Source of the DNA: Minisyncoccota bacterium
GTDB lineage: Bacteria; Patescibacteriota; Minisyncoccia; Phycocordibacterales; UBA1006
Reading direction: 5' to 3'
Length of the DNA stretch: 64,000 bases
Assembly: GCA_021209525.1 (NCBI GenBank)
Contig: JAJOIF010000009.1
Location: 22,285 to 86,284 of the forward strand
The translations under genes and the position numbers were made by a program. Below are positions 55,800-64,000 of the stretch, piece by piece; position 1 is the stretch's first letter; each line of letters opens with the position of its first letter. The notes under the pieces are model-generated. The model was not told the DNA's origin. It ran no database searches and saw nothing but the letters and a program-made list of their open reading frames with translations.

Positions 55800-56633
55800 T
55801 TGACTATACTGATGCGTATGATTCGCGCAAAAAAATCTCTCGGGCAAAATTTTCTCAACCAACCCCTTGTTATAAATACCATGGTCAAGTCTGGAAATAT
55901 TGCACCAGAGAGCATTGTGGTTGAGGTGGGCCCCGGCAAAGGTGCACTTACCAAGAAAATCCTCGAAGAAGGAGGTATTGTTATCGCCCTTGAAAAAGAT
56001 CCTCGTCTCGTCGAGCATTTGCACGAAGTATTTGCTGCTGAGATTGCGGATGGGCGACTTTTTGTTATCGAAGAAGATGCGCTCACTTTTCATGACACGA
56101 CAAGTAGTGCTTATACCCTCATGAACAAGGTGACTCATCATTTCTCACAACCATATACTGTTATTGCTAATATTCCTTATTATATTACCGGTGCTCTCAT
56201 TCGCATGTTCTTGGGCGGACCTCACAAACCGAGCCATATGGTACTCCTCATGCAAAAAGAAGTTGCCGATCGTATTGTCAAAAAAGACGGCAAAACGAGT
56301 ATTTTGTCACATGCTGTTGAACTTTACTGTACGCCTCACTTTATTAAAAAAGTTCCTCCAAGCGCTTTTTCGCCGAGCCCTAAAGTGGACTCAGCAATTA
56401 TCGCCTTTACACATATTAGAGAACCCGACCTCTCGCCAATAGAGCAAGATCGTTTCTTTGAATTGGTAAAAATTGGCTTTCACCACAAAAGAAAAACGCT
56501 CCATAAAAATTTAAGTGTCGCATTACCTCACACAGACATTGCTCGTGTTTTTGAATTATGTAATCTGTCTCCGCAGGTGCGCGCAGAAGAAATAGATATA
56601 CACACATGGATAGAGCTCTCTCGTCATTTGTAG
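55800..56633 (+). CDS. rsmA: 16S rRNA (adenine1518/1519-N6) dimethyltransferase
   Basis: KKSLGQNFLNQPLVINTMVKS...VVEVGPGKGALTKKIL matches RsmA. Confidence 0.85.
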   Translation: MTILMRMIRAKKSLGQNFLNQPLVINTMVKSGNIAPESIVVEVGPGKGALTKKILEEGGIVIALEKDPRLVEHLHEVFAAEIADGRLFVIEEDALTFHDTTSSAYTLMNKVTHHFSQPYTVIANIPYYITGALIRMFLGGPHKPSHMVLLMQKEVADRIVKKDGKTSILSHAVELYCTPHFIKKVPPSAFSPSPKVDSAIIAFTHIREPDLSPIEQDRFFELVKIGFHHKRKTLHKNLSVALPHTDIARVFELCNLSPQVRAEEIDIHTWIELSRHL

Positions 56634-56639
56634 TATACT

Positions 56640-57572
56640 ATGATCATGATTGATCGTACAAAATTTTTACCCAGCAAAGAGTTTATTATTCGCATCACTG
56701 TTCTTGGAGTACTCGTACTCATTGGGGTGGTGATTCTTGTTATTAATCAAAGAAAACACAAAGACGAAGAACCAGAAGTAACTGCACGTGCGCTTTCTTT
56801 TGAAAATATTTTAGCCCTTGATACAGATGGCGACGGATTACCTGATTGGGAAGAAGCGCTTTGGGGTATGGATCCGCTCAACCCCGACACAAGCGGCAAT
56901 GGTATTCCGGATGGCGAAGAAGTAGCCCTCATACGCGAAGCGCAACGTCTTGAAAATCTTGCATTAGGTATTGATGTTGATACTAATCCAGAAAATCAAG
57001 GAGATTTGACCCAGTCTGAAATTTTAGCAAGGCAACTCTATGCAACCCTTGCAACAATGAGCGTGGGTGGCGAAATATCTGATGACGCTCGTGCAGATAT
57101 TTCATTTTTGATAGAGCGCTCTATTCAACAACCACTCTTGCAAGAAAACATTCGCCCAGAGAACCTCACCATTGTCGCCTCAAATGTGACTAATAATACT
57201 GCCTATTTTCAAGTACTTTCAACAATACTTGGGCGACTCGCAAGTACAGAAAGCGCGCTCGTAAACTTATTCCAAGATATTGAGAGTCGCTCAACAAATC
57301 TCCAGGCGCGTTATGGCGCTACTGCGGCACTCTATGCAAATATTCACAAAGAATTGATAGAAATGTCCGTACCAGCACCAGCACGCATTGTACATGCACG
57401 ACTTGCAACTACAACAGGGAATATGGCGCTCGCGCTTGAAAAAATAACCTTGATTGAGCGCGATCCACTGCCTGCATTTCAATCATTCTTACAAATAGAC
57501 TCGCTTGTGCTTGAGCTTGCAAATAATCTCCAAGACATGAGCACGCTCTTGCGCACCTTGCCTGTGAATTAA
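56640..57572 (+). CDS. Hypothetical membrane-anchored protein with DxDxDG calcium-binding-like repeats
   Basis: It has an N-terminal TM helix and the repeats LDTDGDGLPDWEE...DTSGNGIPDGEE. Confidence 0.5.
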   Translation: MIMIDRTKFLPSKEFIIRITVLGVLVLIGVVILVINQRKHKDEEPEVTARALSFENILALDTDGDGLPDWEEALWGMDPLNPDTSGNGIPDGEEVALIREAQRLENLALGIDVDTNPENQGDLTQSEILARQLYATLATMSVGGEISDDARADISFLIERSIQQPLLQENIRPENLTIVASNVTNNTAYFQVLSTILGRLASTESALVNLFQDIESRSTNLQARYGATAALYANIHKELIEMSVPAPARIVHARLATTTGNMALALEKITLIERDPLPAFQSFLQIDSLVLELANNLQDMSTLLRTLPVN

Positions 57573-57612
57573 TTTCTTGCACCATTATTGGCATTCACGT
57601 ACTATATATATT

Positions 57613-59793
57613 ATGACTACTCATATTCTTCGATTATTTTCTTTCTGTATTATCGGCACACTCGTACTGCTCGCAAGTATCGCTCCTCAACAAAGTCGCG
57701 CCCAGCTTGTTGTTTCAGATCCTGGAGCAACAGGTGTTTTAGTGCTTGATCAAGTACAACAAGCAAATCAAACATTTACAAGTATTTATGATAATCTCAA
57801 AGAATTTGCTCTTGATGCCCTTGCTTTTAATCTCGCAAGCATGCTTTCTCAGCAGCTCACTCAACAAATTATCAACTGGGCAAATACAGGATTTGACGGT
57901 AATCCATTTTATGTAAATGACTTGGGTCTTTATTTTCAAGACATTTCACGCAATCAATTTAATTCTGTTATTCAAAATGCGCAGTTAAATCAAAACCCTT
58001 TTATTCGATCTATTGTGCGTGGACAATTCCGCGGTATTGATTCAGGGGCAGGTGCACCTACTCTTGCTGAACAATTTGGGGTAAGTGTTGATGATATATT
58101 TGTTGACATTACTCCTTTTGGGTGGGATGCTTTGCAATCAATTCACAGACCACAAAATAATATTATTGCATCAACACTTGCTATTACCGGAGAACGCGCG
58201 GCGCGCGAAGTTGCCGAAAAAGAACTTGCAACACTTGATTTGATGGGTGCAAATTTTAGATCTGACACCGCATGTTTAGTGACTAATATTCAACGCCAAT
58301 ACCGCACCACTGAATTTATTGGCGAATCATTCACAGGAACAGGATCCTCTTTTCGTGCGCGGGATTTTAGAGAAGGACTCATCCTTGAAACAGCTGATGG
58401 GGGCACCGTCCTTGCAGAATGTTTAGTTTCAAACACGAATACACCGAGCAGTCTCATTCAACAACAAGTAGACCGCGCCCTCGCCGAACCGCTTGAGAGA
58501 ACCAAAATTCCTACAGAATTTCAGCAAATTATTGCGAGCTCATTCAGTAATCTGGTCAATACTTTTGTAAATCGCGGTATTCAGGCAGCAACTTCTCGTA
58601 TGTCTCCGGCGCAACCCTCATCAACACGAGGACCACTGAGTCCACTCGAGAATTTACTTAATGACATCAGCGCAGAAGAAGCACAAAATAATCAAGACGA
58701 CTGGTCAGGTTCATCATTTATTGTTATTGATCTCTTGGCAGAATTAGACGGCGTACCGCTTCTTGACCCAATAACAGGAGCGCCTACAGGACAATTTGTA
58801 CGCCCCGGAGCAATTACACTCGCCGAGCAAGAACTCGCACTGATTAATCAAATGCTCGAAGAGATAAACACCACCTTTGTTGCTTTACAGAGCCTTGATC
58901 GCTGTATTCCTGGTCCTGATTTTGGATGGGAATCACGCCTCCGCAACTCACTTCAAAACAAAGCACGCATGCGTCGAGCAAGTAATAGTAATGCCAATAG
59001 AAATCAGGCAGCTGTTGCTCAGGTTGAATTTGCCGTAGAAATGCTTATTCCTGTTATACAAAGAGAAATGCGCGGATCTGCAACAGAATCCACTTTTGTA
59101 TTTGGAACAACTATTCCAAGCGCGGACATATTTATGCAGGAAATTGACCAAACAGCTAATGTGCGCAATCTGAACACACGACTTGAAACGGAACGAGGTC
59201 GTGTCAGCGAAACCCTGGTTGCGCTGAGGACTATGCGTCAAAAATATACAGACCCAAGCACTACCGAGGCCGAGAAATCAAATATTCGTTATGGTTTTAC
59301 CCAACTGACAACAACACCATCCCCTCAAGCGGTTGCACAAAGACAAAACATGCTCGAAGGAATGCGTGCTATGCAGCAATCAATTGCAGAAAAACAGCTT
59401 AGGTGTGAAGCAGAGGTGGCACAAAAAGCGCAAAGCAATCCTGCTTGGGGCAGACTGTACCTCAATAGTATTAACAGCACTCAAAATGGAGATGAAAATG
59501 ACCAACTCTTCTGCCTTGCTCTTCCTATTCAAGACGCATACCAAGGATGGGAAACAAAAAGTGCTCTTGAGTTCTTGGCCGGTCCTTTTAGAGGTGTCAT
59601 GGTGAGTCGTCAATCAAATGGACAAATACAATCTTCTTTCCCGCTAGGGCGACATGTTCCTTCTTTCTTGGACAGTAGTATTGATTGTTCGAGCGATGGG
59701 GACGACTGCCAAGACGGAAGGTTGCGTCTTAGCTTGGATTGTAGCGAATTCTACAGATCAAGTCTCTCATCATATAAAAGTTTCGTAAATTAA
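57613..59793 (+). CDS. Hypothetical secreted protein (726 aa) in the T4SS-like cluster
   Basis: The signal peptide is MTTHILRLFSFCIIGTLVLLASIAPQQSRAQ. Confidence 0.5.
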   Translation: MTTHILRLFSFCIIGTLVLLASIAPQQSRAQLVVSDPGATGVLVLDQVQQANQTFTSIYDNLKEFALDALAFNLASMLSQQLTQQIINWANTGFDGNPFYVNDLGLYFQDISRNQFNSVIQNAQLNQNPFIRSIVRGQFRGIDSGAGAPTLAEQFGVSVDDIFVDITPFGWDALQSIHRPQNNIIASTLAITGERAAREVAEKELATLDLMGANFRSDTACLVTNIQRQYRTTEFIGESFTGTGSSFRARDFREGLILETADGGTVLAECLVSNTNTPSSLIQQQVDRALAEPLERTKIPTEFQQIIASSFSNLVNTFVNRGIQAATSRMSPAQPSSTRGPLSPLENLLNDISAEEAQNNQDDWSGSSFIVIDLLAELDGVPLLDPITGAPTGQFVRPGAITLAEQELALINQMLEEINTTFVALQSLDRCIPGPDFGWESRLRNSLQNKARMRRASNSNANRNQAAVAQVEFAVEMLIPVIQREMRGSATESTFVFGTTIPSADIFMQEIDQTANVRNLNTRLETERGRVSETLVALRTMRQKYTDPSTTEAEKSNIRYGFTQLTTTPSPQAVAQRQNMLEGMRAMQQSIAEKQLRCEAEVAQKAQSNPAWGRLYLNSINSTQNGDENDQLFCLALPIQDAYQGWETKSALEFLAGPFRGVMVSRQSNGQIQSSFPLGRHVPSFLDSSIDCSSDGDDCQDGRLRLSLDCSEFYRSSLSSYKSFVN

Positions 59794-59890
59794 ATATTTG
59801 TACACAAAGAGCGGATTATCCGCTCTTTGTTATGTGTGACTTTTCCACCACAACAATGCTTTTATTTATTTTTTTGGTATAATACAAAAC

Positions 59891-62239
59891 ATGATACGCG
59901 CATCGCTCATGCTTCGAAGCCTCGTAATACTGTGTACGCTCTTTTTTGTATTTGCTCCATTTTCATTTGAAATGGGGAGTATTGCTGATGGTGTTGTTGC
60001 GCTCCAAGAAAATACTGCCTTAGCACAATCTCCAACCACAGGACTGCTCGGCGAAGATAATGTGATTACAATCTGGAGCATCATCAAAGGTGAGCACAGT
60101 TTTGTTGATGTATTCAGTATTTTGATTTATTGGATTATTGCATATCCGCTCTTTTATATCACGCGCGCTGTGGCTATGGTGCTTGATATTATGCTCTTTT
60201 TGTCAGTAAGCAGTTCAACTTATTCATCACTTCTTTTCATTCGCGAAGGGTGGGAAATTGTTCGAGACATTGCGAATATTGGTTTTATTTTTGCACTCCT
60301 CTATGTAGCTATTGGCCTTACGCTTGATTTACAACAAGTCAATGTGAAGAAGCTCTTGGTTAATATTGTTATTGTTGCACTCCTTATTAACTTTAGTCTC
60401 TTTTTTGCTCGCGTTATTGTTGATGCGGGGAATATTTTGGCTCGCGTATTTTATAATAATATCACCGTTATTGATACTGGTGATTTTGATCAATCAATCA
60501 TAGGCGCTGGGCAAGATCCGGTGAAAAATGTCAGCGCCGCTATTATGGCAAAAGTACGCCCTCAAGCACTCTTGTCAAAAGATTTATATAATGCACCTAT
60601 TGGCGCAAATGGTATTATGCCGAGCTCTACAGAAAAAGCCCTCTTGAATCTTTTTGTGATACTCTTGCTCATTATTGTATACATTGCACTCTTGGGAGCA
60701 TTTGTGACTGTGTCTGTTTTATTCCTCGTACGTATTGTATCAATTGCTATTAGCATGATTCTTGCGCCGCTTGCATTTGCAACACTTATGTTCCCAGGCG
60801 CTTCGGGAATTTCTCGTATTGGATTTAGCAGCTGGATAGGAGAGCTCGTGAAAATATCATTCATGGCGCCGGTATTTATATTCTTTTTGTACATTATTCT
60901 ACGCTTCTTGAGTATTGATACCTTTATCAGTGTCACGCCCGGTGCAACTTTCTGGGTACAAATTATGCAAGTAGTCATTCCGCTTGCTATTCTCATTGGT
61001 CTCATTTATGCAGCAAAAAACATTGCGACAAAGATGTCTGGCGAAATGGGAGAAAAGGCTGCTGGTTTTGCTGGTAAGGTATCAAGTGCAATTGGTGGTG
61101 TAACTGTCGGAGCAGGGCTTGCTGTTGCAACAGGGGGCGCAGCGCTCGCAGCACAATCAACTATTGGTCGCGCCGGCAATGCTTTGGCAAATAGCGACTT
61201 TGCAAAAGGTATGATTCGCAGTGATTCTGCATGGATACAAAAAGCGGGTATGAGTCTCCAGTCTGCTGGTAAAAAAGCAGCTACATCAAGTTTTGATTGG
61301 CGACAAACATCCCTCGGCCAAAAAGCTGTTGCAGCAACAGGACTCAATACTATGGGTGCTGAAAATGCATTTGCTGGCGCATCTATTGGTGGATACACAG
61401 GAGCTCAAGAACGTAAAGAAAAATCAAAAATTGAAAGAGAAAAAGCAATTACCGAAGCAGCTGAGGTTAAGAAAGGTGATAAAGAGCGTAAAGACCTTGA
61501 TCTTGCTGAAAAAGAACGCGATAAGCTTAATCAAACAGAACAACAATTAAACACTAAATATGCTACTGAATTAGAGTATTTTGCAAAAGCTATTGCTGAT
61601 GCTCGAGAAAAAATGAAGGATGCGGGAACGCCTGCAGAAAAAGCGGCGGCGGCAAAAGAGCTTAATACCGCAAAAACTCGAGAAAAAGCATTTAAGGCTG
61701 GCCGACGAGTAAACATGAGTAAGAACGGTGTTATTACTCAAGTTCAGATGACTGGAGATACTCATGTTGATGCTAACGGGGTTTCTCAAGCTGTTAATCT
61801 CAAATCACTCAGTGACATGAAGCAATCAAACCAAACAGTGATTAGGTCAGAAGAGAATAGGATTAATGGGCTCAATGCTGGCTTCCGCCAAAACCAAGCA
61901 AAAGCATTTGTTCAAAAAGAAAATATCAAAAATGCCGCAACAAATATTGCTGTTACTATTGTGAGCGGGGTGGCGGGTGCGGCAGCATTCATCCCTCAAG
62001 CAGGTGCAGCTATGAAGGCAGGTCAAGCACTTACCACTATAGGAGCGGTTGCAGGAGTAGGTAGTGGCGCGGCCGGCGTTATAGACGGCTTCTCTACAGC
62101 AAGCCAGATAAGCCAGCGCGATGAAATTCGAGATAAAATATTGAATAAACGCTACGGCACCCAAGCTGGCCCAGCACCACGAAACCCAGGAGGTGCACCA
62201 TCAGCAACAACAGGCGGGCCCGGCGCACCGACACCATAA
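59891..62239 (+). CDS. Polytopic membrane protein, VirB6/TrbL(PrgH)-like, with a long coiled-coil and Gly/Ala-rich C-terminal tail
   Basis: It has a signal peptide and at least six TM helices. The tail is Lys/Glu-rich and coiled-coil-like with Gly/Ala-zipper segments. It lies just upstream of the PrgI-like and VirB4-like genes. Confidence 0.45.
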   Translation: MIRASLMLRSLVILCTLFFVFAPFSFEMGSIADGVVALQENTALAQSPTTGLLGEDNVITIWSIIKGEHSFVDVFSILIYWIIAYPLFYITRAVAMVLDIMLFLSVSSSTYSSLLFIREGWEIVRDIANIGFIFALLYVAIGLTLDLQQVNVKKLLVNIVIVALLINFSLFFARVIVDAGNILARVFYNNITVIDTGDFDQSIIGAGQDPVKNVSAAIMAKVRPQALLSKDLYNAPIGANGIMPSSTEKALLNLFVILLLIIVYIALLGAFVTVSVLFLVRIVSIAISMILAPLAFATLMFPGASGISRIGFSSWIGELVKISFMAPVFIFFLYIILRFLSIDTFISVTPGATFWVQIMQVVIPLAILIGLIYAAKNIATKMSGEMGEKAAGFAGKVSSAIGGVTVGAGLAVATGGAALAAQSTIGRAGNALANSDFAKGMIRSDSAWIQKAGMSLQSAGKKAATSSFDWRQTSLGQKAVAATGLNTMGAENAFAGASIGGYTGAQERKEKSKIEREKAITEAAEVKKGDKERKDLDLAEKERDKLNQTEQQLNTKYATELEYFAKAIADAREKMKDAGTPAEKAAAAKELNTAKTREKAFKAGRRVNMSKNGVITQVQMTGDTHVDANGVSQAVNLKSLSDMKQSNQTVIRSEENRINGLNAGFRQNQAKAFVQKENIKNAATNIAVTIVSGVAGAAAFIPQAGAAMKAGQALTTIGAVAGVGSGAAGVIDGFSTASQISQRDEIRDKILNKRYGTQAGPAPRNPGGAPSATTGGPGAPTP

Positions 62240-62265
62240 TTATCCACTAACACATACGCATATAT

Positions 62266-62904
62266 ATGATCGACGCAGAACTACAACAAATCATTGACTC
62301 ACGCATGGCGGAGCTTCCACAATACAGCAAAGAGGCACTCCTTGCTTCAAAATGGGAACAAAAACTTCAAGCCCTTTGTGCGCAACATGGACTCTTGCTT
62401 GATGAAGCAGAAAATGTGTACACTGAAACACTTCTTATTCTTCTTGGGGTAGGGTATCCTGAGCTCTACGAAGACAATATAGTGCGGCGTGCTGGTATTG
62501 ATAAAAAAACAGCAGATGCCCTCATTGCTGATATTTACAGCAAGATATTCGAACCCCTGCAAGCAGATATTATTGCTCGCACAGAATCAGCGAGCACTCT
62601 GCGCAATGAACTCTTTGAATCAGCAACACAAACACCCGCAGAAAGAGAAGCGGCAGAACCTCAAGCACTACACCCAAAACGCGATGACTTGATCAAGGAA
62701 ATTGAAGACCCTTCAAAAACAGACACAGCTCTCAGTCGTATGAAAATGAATGAAATTGTTACAGAACCGCCTGTCACGAGCACTCATGGTCAAGCAATAC
62801 CCCCAGCACCTAAAAAAGAAGTAGTTATCTCTGTAGAGCGAGCGCCTGCACCTGCAGCATATGCATCTCCTCACGCAGATCCATACCTAGAACCTATTGA
62901 ATAA
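62266..62904 (+). CDS. Hypothetical protein in the T4SS-like cluster
   Basis: The only support is the open frame. Confidence 0.45.
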   Translation: MIDAELQQIIDSRMAELPQYSKEALLASKWEQKLQALCAQHGLLLDEAENVYTETLLILLGVGYPELYEDNIVRRAGIDKKTADALIADIYSKIFEPLQADIIARTESASTLRNELFESATQTPAEREAAEPQALHPKRDDLIKEIEDPSKTDTALSRMKMNEIVTEPPVTSTHGQAIPPAPKKEVVISVERAPAPAAYASPHADPYLEPIE

Positions 62905-62909
62905 ACCCT

Positions 62910-63329
62910 ATGCGCTACCAAACACCACAATTTATCAATATCGAAGACAAAATCTTTGGTCCGCTCACCTTTAGACAATTTGTCTATATTCTCGGCGGAG
63001 GAGGTATTAGTTATCTCTTGTTTCGTTTCTTACCAGGTGTAATTGCCATTCCTTTGATTGTTATTGTTGCTGGTTTTGCCCTTGCCCTTGCCTTTTATCA
63101 AGTAAATAACCGCCCTTTTATTTACTTGGTGCAATCTATGATTGGTTATGTTATTCGTGATAAATTCTATTTATGGCGCAAGGTGCCTAAAAAAACATCT
63201 CCTTCTGAAGCGGTTGATGGAGTAGACGATGTAGCACCCCTTGAACCAAAACTGAGCGAGAGTAGGCTCAAAAAACTTGCGTGGAGTCTCGATGTGCTCG
63301 ACATGCAAAACAACAATACAGATGAATAA
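62910..63329 (+). CDS. PrgI-family-like small membrane protein (VirB3-like role)
   Basis: The N-terminus MRYQTPQFINIEDKIFGPLTFRQFVYILGGGGISYLL plus two TM helices matches the PrgI pattern. Its position immediately upstream of a VirB4-like gene is typical. Confidence 0.5.
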   Translation: MRYQTPQFINIEDKIFGPLTFRQFVYILGGGGISYLLFRFLPGVIAIPLIVIVAGFALALAFYQVNNRPFIYLVQSMIGYVIRDKFYLWRKVPKKTSPSEAVDGVDDVAPLEPKLSESRLKKLAWSLDVLDMQNNNTDE

Positions 63330-63394
63330 TGTGTCTCGCATGAAAACACTGCGCACGGCGTGGTGTTTGTATATTCTTTTCTTTGTACGAAGTG

Positions 63395-63403
63395 TGCTAT
63401 AAT
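63395..63403 (+). promoter_or_regulatory. Extended -10 promoter element TGcTATAAT 7 nt upstream of the ATG at 63410
   Basis: The sequence reads GTGCTATAATAATTTTATGGCT, which implies a leaderless start. Confidence 0.4.
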
Positions 63404-63409
63404 AATTTT

Positions 63410-64000
63410 ATGGCTCAATCATCATCAGCAAAACCTACTCAGGATTTTATTCCTATTCGTGAAGTTCGAGACGGTATTGTGGTTCTCGAAGACGGGGGAT
63501 TGCGTGGTGTTCTCTTGGCGTCATCTATCAATATCGCCCTCAAATCAGCAGAAGAACAACAAGCAGTCATTTCACAGTTTCAAAACTTTTTAAATGCTCT
63601 TGATTTTTCTATTCAAATATCTGTACAGTCACGACGCCTTGATATTCGTCCTTATATTTTACTTCTTGAAGAACGCTACAAAGAACAAAAAGAAGAGCTC
63701 TTGCGCGTACAAACACGAGAATATATCGAGTTCATTCAATGGCTCAATGATTCAGTAAATATTATGGACAAGAGTTTCTTTATTGTAGTGCCTTATGCAG
63801 GCGCACCTCTGTCTACCTCAAAACAAGTTGGTTTTCTTGATCAAATTGGTGGCATGCTGGGCAAGTCATCACAACAAAAAGCTCAAGAGAAAAAAGAACG
63901 CCAAGAACGCTTTGAAGAAGACCGCACACAATTAGAACAACGACTTTCTGTTATCAAGCAAGGTCTCTCAAGTATGGGAATCAAGACAGTAGAACTCGGC
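63410..64000 (+). CDS. Partial CDS (runs off the window end): VirB4/TrsE/PrgJ-like conjugative ATPase, N-terminal region
   Basis: MAQSSSAKPTQDFIPIREVRDGIVVLEDGGLRGVLLASSINIALKSAEEQQAVISQFQNFLNALDFSIQISVQSRRLDI resembles the N-terminal domain of Gram-positive VirB4-like ATPases. There is no stop before position 64000. Confidence 0.5.
   Translation, partial: MAQSSSAKPTQDFIPIREVRDGIVVLEDGGLRGVLLASSINIALKSAEEQQAVISQFQNFLNALDFSIQISVQSRRLDIRPYILLLEERYKEQKEELLRVQTREYIEFIQWLNDSVNIMDKSFFIVVPYAGAPLSTSKQVGFLDQIGGMLGKSSQQKAQEKKERQERFEEDRTQLEQRLSVIKQGLSSMGIKTVELG

Noticed and set aside
1-64000. UGA reassignment (genetic code 4 or 25)
   Set aside because: TGA stops are almost absent, which raised the possibility. 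However, dsbB terminates in TGA, and long ORFs such as the 1189-aa and 786-aa genes are intact under the standard table with no in-frame TGA. The data support code 11 with TGA avoidance.

Overview
This 64-kb window is a low-GC, gene-dense stretch of bacterial chromosome. Based on the gene content (listed in the features), I infer a small-genome, possibly Patescibacteria/CPR-like organism. That inference cannot be tested from sequence alone.

Recognisable housekeeping genes:
- tig, a trigger factor that lacks the PPIase domain; rny; hup; bcp
- a YraN-family gene, cca, xth, a XerC/D recombinase, pgk
- a HIT protein, recJ, rnhA, a comEC lacking the MBL domain
- a ribosomal-protein block running rpsS, rplV, rpsC, rplP, rpmC, rpsQ, rplN, rplX, rplE, truncated at both ends
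- rpsO, a NYN nuclease, a DksA/TraR zinc finger, yifB/comM, an M29 aminopeptidase, a LysM-M23 peptidase, uvrD/pcrA and rsmA/ksgA

Other content:
- Four tRNAs, all on the minus strand: Gly-TCC, Pro-TGG, Gly-GCC and Arg-TCG.
- A three-gene thiol-disulfide (Dsb-like) module next to Cys-rich secreted lipoproteins.
- A type-IV-secretion-like cluster at the 3' end of the window: a polytopic VirB6/TrbL-like protein, a PrgI-like protein and a partial VirB4-like protein.
- Several giant hypothetical surface proteins.

The most unusual signals are non-coding:
- A roughly 90-nt GC-rich element occurs twice. Each copy sits next to a tRNA-Gly gene and shares a bidirectional hairpin with it. Two helices in the element are supported by compensatory substitutions between the copies.
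- Three non-coding islands (about 9160-10080, 37370-38000 and 40440-40620) share a motif vocabulary. It comprises TTTCAC(A/G)TGAAAC palindromes, inverted AAAAGACAT/ATGTCTTTT pairs, an identical 17-mer and perfect TTATCCACA boxes.
- Two tandem paralogous lipoprotein genes are driven by near-identical promoters.

Stop-codon usage is almost entirely TAA/TAG. I found one TGA among about 60 stops and no in-frame TGA in long ORFs, so the standard bacterial code applies.
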